Assembly: GCA_046563655.1 (NCBI GenBank)
Contig: CM102286.1
Coordinates: forward strand, 7,378,001 to 7,442,000
DNA: 64,000 nt
Direction of reading: 5' to 3'
From: Yuukianura sp. NJ FZ-2021
Taxonomy: Eukaryota
The translations under genes were made by a program, and so were the position numbers. The notes beneath the pieces were generated by a model. The model saw nothing but the letters and a program-made list of their open reading frames with translations, made no database searches and was not told the origin of the DNA. Numbering within the stretch: the first letter of the stretch is position 1; the number at the start of each line of letters is the position of its first letter. This document shows positions 24,406 to 39,400 of the stretch, piece by piece.

Positions 24406-27400
24406 TCAGACGAAAGTATTGGCAGGAGGAGTAGCACTTCCATTTCCGTTGACTTTAGCACTGGAATAAAAACATCAAAAAATTAGCAATCCGTTCCCAA
24501 CTTATCCCATTCGCTTGAAGACACTTGAAAAGTATTAAAGTGCGTATGATTGTAAAGTGCAAGGGAAGACATGCTCACTCCGTGATCAACGGCTGAGAAA
24601 CGGCATGGTGCTGCGGTAAATCATCAAGGTCAGAGGGGTTGTGAAAGCGATCCATACTTTCAAGGTCGGGGATCGGAAGTTTCTCACCGCTACGGTAGAA
24701 AATTAAAAGGAGCAATTAAACAGTGCATCGAGAGAAGAAAATTAACCAAACTCGCTGTTACTAATAACCAAACCGTTGAGTTAAATGCCTTCTTAAAAGC
24801 CAATACAGACTTAGAATTATAAACTGGCAACAAGATACTGCCACCGTTCTCCCAGGGTTTAGTACTCACTTGGTTTTTGACTTGCTGGGATTATTTGGTT
24901 CGCTTCCTCCCTGTTTCTTCTTGCTACAAAGACTGGACGAGATTGAGAACAAAATACCTGCAAGAGCCAACAACGATTTAGTAAGTGAAAAAAACGGTTC
25001 CAGTGTAATTTCGTTTACCGCATTTGCTGATACGGCAGCAGGCAAAATCAACCAAGACGATGGTCAGCAGAACGACAATAACCGCCGCGACGATTATGAG
25101 CGTAATGTCGAGCTTAGCTTCCGTTGGAGCAGCTTGTACTGATGCGTTTCCGGGATTCTCTAAAATTCAAAGAATTTAGCATTAAGCAATCTGAGTAAAT
25201 TTTAATTCGTCGTCGCGTTAATTAAAAAGCGATATACTTAACCTATCTCAGTGTCATGCTCTAGCTCTAGCTATTAGCGGGAAGCAATAATGAAGAAGGC
25301 AATGACTTGACTCACCACCGCAATCAGCGCAAAGTTAGTCAGAAGCGGCTTAGTTATTATTTCTTGGCCTCGAGGTTATTTATATATAATAAAATTTTGA
25401 ACAGAACTATAAAACTTTGAATTCGATATGTCCCAAACGTCTTTTGAACTCTGTTTGCTAGTCATTTTAATGAGTCATTATAAAAAATGGTTTAGAAATC
25501 TTTCGTTGGCAAAAAAAGAGATGAAACTTTCTTCCTTAAAAATTCGTTTTTATCAATATGGGCATGGACCACTTAAGCCAATGATAGTGAAGTACAAAGA
25601 GAAAGCAGAGATCAGCGAAAGACCCGTTGACCCAGCCATTGTTATCGAAAAATTACAAGGTGAAGCGGAAGCGGCGACACGCCTTAGGTTTCCCTTCCCG
25701 TCTGCACGAAAACAATTTGCTTTCATCAATTTCCATGGTGTTAAGTTACAATTAAGTTAAAACAAACTCAAAACGAAAGCAAACCAAAAGCCAATTGCAA
25801 CCTGAAGTACAAACTAAACATCGTTATCGCTGATCAGCGAAACTTACTTTGGCCAGCGCCAGAAGTCTTGATAATAATGTACGCCGGGTTTCCCCATCCA
25901 AGAACGTTGTGAGCCTTCACGCCTACTTTGTAGTACGTGTTGGAATGAAGGTCTCGCAAGGTGTAATGCGTAAGATGCGGCAGTAGAATGAGCTCCTTCG
26001 TATTGTCGTAAGCTTCCCATTGATTATTACTTGAATTTCGAACCTAGAAAATGGTATGTAAAGTTCATTAAAGTTAAGTTAATCATTGTTAACCATGGAG
26101 GTTAAAAGTCGAATGTTATTCGCTTACTGGAATGTATGAAATCTGAAACTGGTCTATGTCCTCTCCATTGTTTTGTGGATGAGACCATTTGATATCGAAT
26201 CGGTCGGTGTATGGCGTAAAAGCGTATCCCCCAGAACTCTCAGTCAAAATAATTGGTTCTCCAGGAGCAGCTCGTCTTGACGTGCTTTCTGTCTTTTCTA
26301 GAAACTCTCCTCTTCCAACTTCATTCTTCGCGGCAAAACGAAACGAATATGCCGTCAGCGGTTCCAGTTGCTCAATCGTGATGACGTTCTCTTCTACAAC
26401 AGAAAAAGATCAATTAAGAAAACAGATAGTTTGTGCAAGTCTAATTCCGATTCGTACCTATTGGCCACATCTTTTCAAGCTGATTGTTTCCCCAAGTATC
26501 TCGATCAATCTTGTGTTGGACAACGTAATAATTGACAGGAAGTCCACCATGTGAAACTGGTCCGGCTATCTTGAAAGAGATGCTGGTGGCAGTGATTGTG
26601 TCAGTAATCACCTGCTGAATTCTGCCAGGGACTGTGGCTTCTCGGAGCATAATACTGTGGCTGACCTTATCCAGCTTATTAGTGGCAAGACAAGTGTATA
26701 CTCCATACTCGCCTTGGTTCGGATAACGAATCTTCGAAGTAACAAAAATAATTTTAGAACAGAAAAATAGGGCTGCGTATTGAATAGGTTTGAAAATAAT
26801 TTTACCTGCAATGTACTTTCTGATACCAAGCCAATCACAATATGGTTCTCGTCATCAGGAACAGGCCGATTTTGAAAGAGCCAAGTAAAAGTCGCATTGG
26901 GAATTGCCTCGGCAAAACAGGTCATGTTAGCCGGACTACCAGCAAATGACCAAGCTTCGTTTCCAGGAGTACGGGTGAAATCCGGCGGAAATTCGACAGT
27001 CATGTGTCCCATAAGCTCACCTAAAAAAAAAAAAAGAAATAAACTATTTTATCACTTGGTATATTTTTTGAAATAAAATGTAAAACTCACTGCGAATTCT
27101 TCCGTTTGTAGCGATACAATTGTAAAGGCCATCATCTGTGCGAAGGACATCCTTAATTGTAAGCGTAGCAACAGTGACGTCACTCCCAATACGTTTGTTC
27201 TCTTGAAATATTCTCATGTCCGATTGAATTCCAGAGACGAACGCATAACGCTCGCTGTCTTTGTGGAACATAATATCTGGGGCTGGATTTCCACTTGCTC
27301 GGCATGTTAACACTACCTCGTCCTTTCCGACGTGCGTACTGCAAAAAAAAAAGCAAACAAATTATATTGACAATTTACAACAACAAGCTACAAATCTGTG

Positions 27401-30400
27401 AATTGAAAGAATCGCCTCTCACGTCACGTTCAGAAATTCCTCAATTTTTGGCTTCGTAACGACAAACAGATCGACTTTCCCTTCAGCTACCCCTGCATTG
27501 TTCTTCACAACGCACGTATAAGTTCCATGATCTTCAGTGCGAAGACTGTCGATTTGCAAAGTTCCGGCATACCTAGAACACAAAATTGCAGAATCATGCG
27601 GGATTCAATTAAACAACTTTCTTGCAGTATGGTTTTAAATCTCACTTGTCCACGGTGAAACGCTGGAGTGCATAAAGGGGGCGTCCGTCATAAAACCAGA
27701 GTATTTCTGGGACTGGCTTCCCTTCTCCTTTGCATTTCATGTGAACACTTTCTCCCTCGACACCTTCTACCTCTTTCACCAAAGACAAGATTCTAGGTTT
27801 GGTTTGAACCTAACAAAAAAACCAAAAATATTTTAACACCAAAAATTGCTTGTGAAATCAAGAATGATTGGGAAGTCGACGCTCAATACCTGCAATTTAA
27901 TTACACGTTGCTCCGTTTGTCCCATTGCGTAAACGACAACCCAACACTTGTAAACGGCTTCGTCGCTTTGGGAGACATTTTTGATAACAAGGCCGTCGGT
28001 TTCAATTACGTAGTTTTCTAAAAAAAATATGTTTCTCATCAATTTTGTCTTGTTAATTAATTCATCGATTGCCGAACTTGTTTTAGAAGTAAAATGGAGC
28101 TCAATATATGCAAACTAACGACCAGGCTTGATTCAAAGCAGGAAGAAAAACAAGATAACGATGGTTGCTTAGTTTTTAGGATACTCCGAGTCCGGAGGTA
28201 ACTAACCTGAGCTTGACACTTTGGTGTGGTCCTTAAACCATTGGATGATTGGTGCTGGATTGGACTTGACTCTACATACGATTTTGTAATCTTCACCTTC
28301 TGTGGCATACTGGTCTTCTTTGGCATCTTCGAAAGTAATTGGCACTGGAAGAAAACGAAAAATACTTTCGTTAATGACAAAAGCAAGTGTTTCACAAGCA
28401 AAGTAAATGTCGGTGAGGTGATATTTCTTCCAAGCAAAGCATCTGGAGCCATTTAAGCAACTCCCTCGTTATATCTTACAGGAAAACGAACTGGCTATAA
28501 TCCATAAATCGTTTCAGAAAATCCGCTTGGGCTTGGAGTTAGAACCAATAGAAAGGAGAACAATCAGCGGAGGAACAAGTACCGTGTAGTCATTAAATTC
28601 ACTGAAAACTCTACTAATAATATTGTAAGGACTGAATAAGTAATTAAAATGTTAAAAACAAGACAGGTTTGGCAGCACCGCAAGGTCATAGACAAAATTA
28701 CAACACAAATCAAAAATCTCTTTTCGCAACTCTTCGCATTCGGATAGAAACATTTGTGTTAAACTTACGGTAGGTCGCCAGTGTGAATTTGGCTTCCAAT
28801 TGTCTGTTGGCGTATTTTGCAGTACAACTACAAATCAAAGTACAAATTATCAATAAGAACACAGATCACAATGTTATTCATTGAATTCGAAACCATCTAC
28901 AATTTCATTTCATTAGCACTTTAAGTGAAATGTAATTTTACCGGTATATTCCTGCATCTCTCTCTCCAACAGAATTGAAGACAAGAGAAAGCAACCCGCG
29001 TTGTTCATTTCCTTGCAGAAAAAGTCGGTTTCTGGAATGTTAAAATAAAACAAAACGTTTATAAAAGAAAGTAACTTGGTACAGTCACGATAGCGTAAAT
29101 TAATTCCCGCACTAAAATTGTATAAAAAGTACAATGCGCGTAAAGAGTTCTCTTAAAAAAATAATACAATTACACTTTGTATAAGTGATTGGTTTATGCA
29201 GTTACAGTGAAGTTTTACAGGACTGGGTGCTTTTTTATGCATTTGCAAATTGCGACATAAACCCGTAATGTATTTCGTGAAAACGAAGGACTTTATTTTC
29301 TCTAAAAGAGAGGCGATGGGTTTCATTTACCAACTTAAAAATATTCTCCACGAAAGACGGAAACAGAAACAACAGTCTTTTTGTCTTAACTCTTCAACTT
29401 GAAGACTTCAAGTAACAAAACACGCCTAAAAACTTCTATTAAACTAAAAATACTTCTAGCGAAAATGAATACTTGAAGACGTAGCTCATTTAGTTAGTAC
29501 CTGAGGACCTACTCACGTTACCAATTTGCTTAATGGGAAATTCAAAACAAAGTTCCTTTAAAGTATACACCGAACCGACTCTCTAGAATAGCACTTGATA
29601 CATTATTTGTTTTTTTGTTGCTCGGGTAGATTGTACTAACGACATGACACCATGTCACCAATTCTCCGTAAAACGTAAAACGCTCGATGGTGATTGGTGA
29701 AAGAAAGAAAATGAAGAAAGAATTTCCTTAAAAAACTCGTTGAAATGAACTCCATCATGAATTCCAGAAAAGTCTCTTTCACAACTTTCCAAAAAAAGCC
29801 CTTTCCAAAATTAAGTTTTAACTAACTAGCCTAACCTAACTTTTTTTAAAAGTTCGTTGGCAACCCCCGGGCAACCATCAACTTTATAAGAGCAGGTACT
29901 TTTCATTTTGCCATGTCTGACCACGGTCTCGATGACAAGAGAAAGCACCTATCCCTTACTCCTGCTTTCTTTTTTTGCAGCCTACGCATGAAAGCGTGCT
30001 GAGACTTAGCAAGTAGTCAGGGGAAATACCGTTGACATTAATATGGTCATTTAGGATTCTAATCAACGGCCTTCTTATTGACTTTTCCAAAGGTCATTAT
30101 TAAAAGTGCATGCAATGCTGCCACTGCCAGTAGTGGGGGGCAGTCAAAACGCAGGAAACCGGTGCATTGTCAACGTAAATTAGAATAGTTCCATTTCACT
30201 GGTGCAGCAGCCGTGTAATAAAGTGGGCGGGTAGAGCCTGCCTAATATTTCATACAAAAATATGGTTAGAACTTGTACACTTCAAAGTAAGTGGAACTGG
30301 AGAGGGTGCGGGCAGTACATTTATAATGAGACTCCTAAACTTCCTTAGCACGACAGCCACCCATTTCCAGTTCCGCTTTATAATTGATATCTCTGCAGTT

Positions 30401-33400
30401 CACAAAACAACTTTCCCAGCATTTCCCAACTTTAACTTAAATACCTTGTTTTCACTTTACCGATTAAATTGATTAACATGAAATAGGTATAATTTCTTTA
30501 AATTTTAACTTACGGATCGTCATTTTCTCGAACTTCTTGTCCATCCGGCCAATACCATTTGATATCCCGTAGTTGTTCGGGATTCGGAACATTTCCACTG
30601 CATGTCACTACTTTTGTTTCTCCAATTGGCACTTGAATGATATTGTCCGAACCAGGAACAGGCCAAATTTCCAATTTCTCTCCGTCCGAGGGCCGAACTA
30701 AAAAAAAGAAAAGTCAAAAACAATATTTCTTGAAGCGAATAATTCCAAATTAATTTCAGCCGACTGCCACTTCATTTTGTGCAGCGACTTTCTCCAACCA
30801 ACAAGTTCCAAGAAACATAAACACAGTACACAGTGTATTAAACCCCTAATTTTCTTACGCGGGAACAAACTCCCATAAATATCTATTACTCGCTAGATTG
30901 TCCTGTCACTATTTCCAGTAACGGGGAGACTGCACTTCTGTGGTACTTGGAATGCAGCGTCTTCTGCTCCACAGAAAGTCAAGTATACTACCCCAGTGCT
31001 TGTTCAAAACGTGAAAATGTCGCCACTTTTTCGCCTTCCCAAAATAAATTTGTTGTCAACCCAAATTGCTTATGCTTTACATAAAAGACACATTCCGTCC
31101 ACCCAATACTTTCCAGTTATTCTTTTGTTGCAACGTGCAACCCCAAATCGTCACTGCTGCTGCTCCAATCTCATGGTATTTTCCATTTCCTAACAAGAAT
31201 GATGAATCTTTTCAAATATTTCACTTTCCGTTCTTTTCCCAAAACAGTACACTAGGGACTTGGAATAAGATCCAAGAAAGACAACAAAACATTCCCTCTA
31301 CTTTCTTTTCAGTTTTACTATTTCCAGAACACAGGAAATAAGATGTTGTTCTTTTCAATCTTTTGTCTTCGACAAAACAAACAAAAGTTCTGGAAACAAT
31401 AGTTTCTCCAGCTATTAATTTCCCAAAGGCTATCTAAACATCCGAAGCAAAGAAACACAGAAAATCTTCAAAATCAAACAACCAAATTGAAAATTCAGCA
31501 CAAACTTTCAAGTTCAAAGTTCAGCAGAACCTTTTCAGCTCAAATCAAAAAATACTTTTGTCGTTTCTTCGATTCAGCGTCTGTTGAGACAGCAAATCCT
31601 CGTAAAACATATTAAAATTCACATTCACCTCTGAAAATTTTACCGAGATCGACGATTTGTCACACCTTTTAGTGAAAAGTGAAGACATCAACGCACAAAC
31701 TGCTAGGAAATGCTATCACGCCAATGTTTTATATATTAAAAACGTGGAGAAATTCGAAAAACCCACCCAACACGCGCCTTGTCTTTTCGATTTCAGAATT
31801 TCCCACCCTTCCTTTCCTTTTTCCACTTCATTTCCCGGGAACTTTGTGACAGTCGGGTTGACTTTGACTTTACGTAGAAGACGTGAGAGAAGCGTGATTT
31901 AATTACAGCGCAAAGATCCTCAGAGATTAATGGAGCTGAGCTGGATGAAGAAGATCTTCCCTGACAAATGAAATGTCAAATTCTATTGCCTGCATTTGTC
32001 CAGATTACTGGCTTATTCCCACAAGTCAAGACTCTGTTTCCTGCCCTATTCCATAAATACCATGCTTGTCTTTCTTAATCAACGCATCTCTCAATTCTTC
32101 AACATTGAGCAGCACCAAGTCACTGAAGCTTCACCACAAACATTTCAGCTCTCATGTTTTTGTTTCTCGTAATTTTGATACCATGTTCCAAAAATTCAAG
32201 CTCAATCTCTGTCCAATGAGAAACGTTACAAATTCAATCTCCGTATAGAGTTTCATGAAAAACGTGTCGCAGGTGACACCATGGACGGATCCGTGACATG
32301 TCTGCCTTGTCTAAATTGAAACTGACACATTTCTGCGTCGAATGCTTACATTTAAATTTAAAAGTCTCCCACATCCTCCACGCTAAGAATTACTCCCTCC
32401 ATGTCAGTTTTGAGCTCCTCATTTTAAACATGAAACGGAAGTTTTGTATTTCGATGAACTTTAAGCAGTGGGTAATATGACATAACATGTCATGTCACAA
32501 ATGAGAGCCAAACTGAAAAATGAACCCGTCATTACATCTTTGGCTCAACTTCAAACTCAAATAAGACCCCGCCCCAGGTTGTAAAAGAAAAGTCATAAAA
32601 AGCTTTCCCCAATGTCTTAAGCTTCCATTCTTTTTCCATTTCATTGTCAATGCCAAGTTCCCATTCTGGTCTGTATATGGTCTATTCGTTATGTTCCAGC
32701 GTCAAAACCTTGTGCTTTCAACTCTAAAACTCTACGGAAGGTGTGGATTTTACTGCTTCCATTTTATGCTCTGCTTGGATAGTTACAAAATCCCCTCCGT
32801 CCGAGATAAAATCAGGAAAGAGATTTTCTAACTGCTGAAACAGGGTAAACTTTCCCTACTGAATTTTCCCGCTTTTACAATTTCCTGGAGAAGCCAAAGG
32901 AAATAAACTGACTCACTGGACATTTTGGTGACTGCCTTACATGAGCCCTTATTTCCTCAAATTCGTAAGCCACCTTTCATTCCACGTCCACCCAACAAAA
33001 AAAACGACTAACTTTAGACGCGCATTAAGAACGCTGGAACTAGAAAGAAACAGAAAAAAAGCGTGGGAAAACTCAAGACATGGAGTAACTTTCTTTCGTT
33101 TCTGCTAGATTCACGGCGAAGTGTTTGCAACTTAAAGTAACAACTTCCTGAAAGGAGATTGATTATGGGAACTAACGTGTCAAGTACGTTGAAAAAACTT
33201 TTCTAAGTGCTGCTCTTCTAACGGAAACTTTACACTAACTTTCTAAGCCTTTTTCTCTTCTATCCGTGAAAACGAAATGGAAGATGAAGTCAAGTCACAA
33301 AGTGAAAGTACAGAAAAAACAAGCCCAAATGAAGCAGTCGTGTAATCCATTGGCACAGAGATCTCCCGCCACCGCTCAATTTTCTCTTCCATTTCCACTT

Positions 33401-36400
33401 TGTCTTTCCCGAACTAGTAGAGACAAGTAGTGGCCTGGGATTTGAAGAACAAATCGTCTCAGAAGGAAGTACGAACTACCAACTAGCTAAGAAAACACCA
33501 AGGAAGCAAGTATTGAACCGATCGGAAAACACTGGAGTGACAGATAAGCAAGGGAGAACGGCGGTGGGACTTCCAGGAGAAGCGGTGGGGCATTAAGCTT
33601 CCTCAGAGTTGGACAAGGATGTAGTGGCGGGTGATTGCCCGGCAAGAACCGAGAGATGCACTTCTAAAAATAATCCCAGAGTTGAAGGCTTGAATTGTGG
33701 CCCTTTCCTTTGAGCTCCCAGAGTTTCTTCCGTTCAGTTCAGACGATTAGGTTTTATCTAGCGACTAAATCAACAAACCTGAGCACACACTCAAAAACAA
33801 ATTGCTTCTGTAGCCTTTGATTTTAGCTTCACCCGCTCCCTAAACTTTCCACAACTTTTCTCTTAACCTACCCGTCATTTATCCTCATTCCTTCATAAAC
33901 TATTACCCCAGATATGGAGGTTATGAAATTATGAATAGCTTCCAAGGTTTTCAAAACACGAAAAAGTTTTCAACAGTTCAATATTTTTCCTCAGGTTTAA
34001 ACGATAAAACGTCAGATCCATTATAACTTTAAAAAAATTTATAGGTAATACTAATACAATTTAAGGTTTGTCCGTCTGTAAGGTTTGGTTAAAGTGAATG
34101 TTCTAAAAAAAAATACAACTAATTTTTTAACTTGTTTTCACTTTTTATTTTTTAGACATTGAAAAAAACAAGCTGTTTTTTTAAACTCATTTAAATAGTT
34201 TTTAAAAAATTGTAAAAAACGATGGGTCCATGCCAATACATCGAAAAAAAGACATCGAAACGAAAGACATCGACACAAAAGACATCGACACGAAACACAT
34301 CGACAATAGAAACACATCGACAATGAAACACATCAACCCAAAAGACATCGACAAAAAAGACATCGACAATAGAAAGACATCGACAATGAAACACATCGAC
34401 CCCGAAAGACATCGACAGAAATTTTATTTTTTATACCAGAAAATGAAACTGGGCATTTTTTTTTCAAAATTTTGAAAAAATAACCTAACCTAACCTAACC
34501 AAGGAAGTTTACATAGCCTAAGTCAGGAAAACACTAGTAAAATTTTGAAAAATCAACCTTATCCGTGAAAAGTGACCCTAAAAACGTAATCACTGTGGCG
34601 TGTTTTACCAAACCTATTGCCGCGCCTTCGGCGCGGTACCGCTAGCTAAGCTAGCGCACGTCATCAGTATTGCCAAGCATATTTTTTTTTCAAAATTTGA
34701 AAAAAATGCCCAATTTCATTTTCGGGTAGAAAAAATAAAATTTCTGTCGATGTCTTTTGGGTCGATGTGTTTCATTGTCGATGTCTTTCTATTGTCGATG
34801 TCTTTCTTGTCGATGTCTTTTGTGTCGATGTGTTTCATTGTCGATGTGTTTCTATTGTCGATGTCTTTCGTGTCGATGTCTTTCGTGTCGATGTCTTTTG
34901 TGTCGATGTCTTTTTTTCGATGTAATGGCGTGCTTCGAAAACGATACATTGAAATTGTAATTCTGACGATTGAATGCATCAAGCCCCAGCATAATGGACA
35001 GCATTCTCATTCTCGTTCGAAACAAAATTAAAAAACCTCAACAAAACGCAAAGTGAATTCAAGTTAATAAAAAATCAATACAACCTAACAACTTCCTCGT
35101 ACTTTTTCCTGAATTCAGAATAAATTTCACCTAGGCGGTTGGACATGAACATGATACCAAGTGCCATAAAGGTTCCAACCGTAGGGACCCAACATCATTA
35201 CATTACCAAGTAAGGGCTTTATTAAAGTGCAGTCGTAAGGACACGTCAGAGAATACTCGCCGGAAGGCTCCCAAAAGTGCTTTCTTTTTACTCTACCTCC
35301 CAAAAGTAACACCGACTACAAAAACTATCTTCCAAAAACACAGAAAGACATTTGAAATTCTACGTTGTTAGGAGGAAACACGCTGGAAGTGTCATCCTCG
35401 GAGGTGTTTCATTGTGGGCACGACCTTAGTCCCCTCAAGACAATCTGCTCCAACTTGAAAGCAAAGTATCTAAATCTCCTGTTACATCAAGCGTTTCTAA
35501 CATCCAACTTTCCTCACTTTCTCTTGTATCAAGGCACTTGATTGGATAGAAACGTTCCTTTCATCTCCTCCATCTTCCATTTCCACTTTAAGTTCTTGTC
35601 CGTGTTGCAACTCTGACAGTCTAAATTATTTATTTTCTCTCCCTCACACCGTTTCTGCCACTCCAAGTCTCATTTTATTTTCACTTTGCCTATTCCACCA
35701 CCTAAAATAAGAGCCAAGATCCGCCTTCCTTTGCTGGAAATTTCCTTCCAGGAATTTCCCTCCCAGATACTACGTTTTCCAGCATTTTCTAGAAAACGAG
35801 ATTCGAATCTGAAAAATAGGCGTGAAGAAAACCGCGGGAAAGAATTTCTTTTTTTCCTCCAAGCATGTATAATCAGCGAATTACTATGATTAGGGTGTTT
35901 AAATTGATGTGAAATAAACGACATTGAAAATCATCGGGTTGTTATGTTGGGGGAAGACGTGAGAAGTTGTTCAGAGTGAAAACACTTCATCTTAATTTAC
36001 AATAGGTTTATTTAAGGTAATTCCACCAGCTTCCTCCCTCCCTTCTCTGGGGACTTAAGGTTCAAGTGCCTGGAAGGATGATGATGAAAGTCAAGTGGAA
36101 GGAAGAGGAGGATTCAAAATTCAAAGGAAAACGTTACTTCAACATTTGAACTCCGAATGTTGGGCAAACCCTGTAAAATTGAGCGTCAACTGTAAAACTT
36201 GTACTCAAACGGAAATCTTAAACAAAAAATACAAATCCAAGTATTTTCGAAATTTTCTACTAAACAACTTCATACATTGTACAATGTTACACCACTCCCC
36301 TCATCCTAAACATTATGTCCCTACATCCCTCTCATTACAAGTCACTAACCTTTCTTTATTGTTTGCTCAGACACCTCCATTAAAAGGCGTAACAATGTTA

Positions 36401-39400
36401 GCCTAACATCTTCTCCTTACATCAAACAATGGTCTATAAATAAGTATCCTGACACAAGTTGTGTTATATTATGTACGTTACATAACCTGTTTCAAAAATC
36501 CTCTTCCCGCTCTCCGTCTCCAGAGGAAGTCATTTGCCATATGTAGTGACACATAGATCCTCCGAATGAAGGAAATCCACCCCCATTTTCAAATTTCTAA
36601 AGTTCCCGCTTCCCTTTTGTCATTCCTAATTTCCTGTATGACTTCTAACTCCCAGGGGTACTAAATACGAGAACAATTGACTTTGGTTCTTAATGGTGAT
36701 TACTACACCATGGGACATGGAGTCATACTGCCGAATATTGACAGTACATTTCCCAAAAAAAAAGTTTCCCAGGCTTCTTATTCCCACCGACAATTTAGGG
36801 AGTATCGGCTCAAACTTTGTTAATTTAACGCTAACCTTCTAAATTGAAAAAAAATACTGCCAAACTCTTTGAAATATACTCAAGTAGCAACAGCGGATGT
36901 GGTTGACATAAAATTTTAAACATTCCCACGAAATCTTAATTACAAAACCTACGTTTGTCTCAGATTTCGGAAATGCTTTTCTTTTTTTCAAAAAACTGCT
37001 TAATGTTTTTAGGTAACGCACCAGCTAAACTTTTTTTCCCTTATCAGATTGTATAATTGTAATTTTCAGCAACTTATTATTTAGTACAAGGGTGAAACTG
37101 TTATGGTTTCCAGCACAAGTATTTACCCCCAGTTTCCGTCTGCTGCACATTTGATTAACTGGTGCTTAAACTTTCATTTCCAGCGAAAATCCAATTTATC
37201 CTGGAGAACAATCTTCCCAATAATTCTTTTCTTGTTTATTCTCCAACAGCCAAGTTGCAGTTGCAGCAGAAGGTAGCGTGCAAGGAGCATTTCTTGTTTA
37301 AATGAATGAATAAATCACATTCGCCATGTCCAAAGGCCCCGGGTACTTTCACAAATGAGCCCAATTATTCAGGACAGAACAACCCATGAATCTTCCTAAA
37401 CCGAAACTGAAATACTACTCCAGAAATCCTACTTGAGATAGTTCAAGACTACGCTGAAGCAGCATGTCGTCGCCTAAACATCTTATGACTTCCACACGCA
37501 ACAACCTTTCTGGAACGATGCGCTTCACGACCTTTAAGACACGAAGACTTCCAGGAAAGATCTTCCAAAGAAACGAAACTTTTACACACTACGCAAGCAG
37601 GCGTTCTAGTTTCAGCACGAAGTGCATCCCGCACTACTACTTATTCAGTAGCTCATTGTTTTGCTCAAGTTTAAATAACAGGATACACATTCAGAAAATT
37701 AAATTCTAAAACCAGAGAACCAGAGTAACTGCAAATCGCCTCTTCAATTTAATCCACTTGAGTGGGATTTGCACACAACCACACACGCAATCACCCTACG
37801 GAAATATTATTGAAATAAGAAATTAAAAAAACAAACGTTTACAGTAGAACCTCTCATTGCGTAACTTTTAACCCATCTTCTTCAGGCAGGATGAAACTAA
37901 CATTTTTATATGTAAAACAAAACAAAACGTTTCTGGAGATCTAATATCTCCGACATGTTAGAATGTGGAACCATACGGTACACGCAAAAACTCTTCTTCA
38001 AGCCAACCAATCAGAGCGTGTTGCGCAACGACAGGTTCTACTGTATTCTCAAATATTAAAAAAACGTATGCTTACTTTGGCCAGCAATTAAAATGAGTAG
38101 TCCGAACCAGCAGTTCCATGAGCACAAAATGGCCATGAAGGAGCAACACGTAGTCATTTCCAGTTCGTTTCAAATGATTAATTCCCCACCAGCCCTTCTC
38201 TATTGTATGTTTGATGAGGCAAAACGGAGTGTTCTTGTGTTATTATTGAATCCGGTTCTTTTTCAAATGATAACTAAGCGCAGCAGAGGACAAATTGAAA
38301 GAATCCCGTAAATAATTGATTCCCGCTTAAATCATAGAGGAAGGAAAAAGCAATTTTCACTTTGCTCATTTATATTGCAGCGGAAGACAAAACTCGAACA
38401 AAGTCGTCGAGCAACCAGATCTCCTGCGCTCAACGCGTCAAATGAAGCGCGTCTCTTCCTCCCTTTTAGTAACACTCCAAAGCCAAAAGTAAACTTAAAG
38501 CCCCTAAAACACGTTAGAATTGGTTGGAAGCCTGGTGCAAACTAAATCCCAGAATAGCCCTCGGAAACTGTCACTGAAAAATGTGTCAATTTCACCAATA
38601 CTTCCAACATCTTCCCTCCTCCATTCCCTCTAATAGACTTATCTGTGCTCTTCATCCCTCCAGCATCCACCTAACCGTACCAACAGGAACATATATTAAG
38701 TACCCCCATTATCCCCAACACATGTACTTAATATCCGACAAGGACCAAAAAGACTTGCTTTCCCCCGCGAACACTTTAGGTTAGGCCTTACATTCACACT
38801 AAACCTGTGAATGGACGGAAACGACAGAAAGAACCAACATTCGAGGAGTTTCGAGGCGACAAAAAATTATCAATGGTGCGAAGTTTTAGAAACACATACT
38901 ATTACTACTCGCAGTACTTTCAAGGGCTACGGCAATGTAAAGGTGCCAAAGGTGTCCTTAAGTCCCCATGTTTTGTCTAATCCTTCAAACTATTGTAAGG
39001 GAGTTGTTGACTGGTTGGTTGACGATCTGAAAAGCTGTTTACATGCTCTTGGCAGCACCCTGCTGAGATACCCCACATTATAAGTCCACGAAAAATTAAA
39101 GCTTTCACGAAATCATCAACATGCTTTCAATTTCAATCATTCCCAAACCATATACTTCCCAGCATCCAAAATAATTCTCAACCTTATGCTGGAAATGAAG
39201 GCATTTCAAAGCCTGTTCCACACCACAAGACCAAACTCTTTGATTGACACAACGGTGAGAGTGACGCACAAACCAAATGCTGAACTTTTTGACAGCCCCC
39301 ACAAAGTTTCTCTTCATTGTTAATCATTTCCATAGCCACCATAAATGTATCCATCATGTTAAATCTTATGACAAAGGACTTAAGCTTTCGACCCTGGAAA

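Noticed and set aside
34138..35031. Overlapping ORFs with KDID/DVF/SMSF repeats; superficially CRISPR-like periodicity
   Set aside because: Translations of the foldback element's tandem units. There are no unique spacers or cas genes, and the context is eukaryotic.
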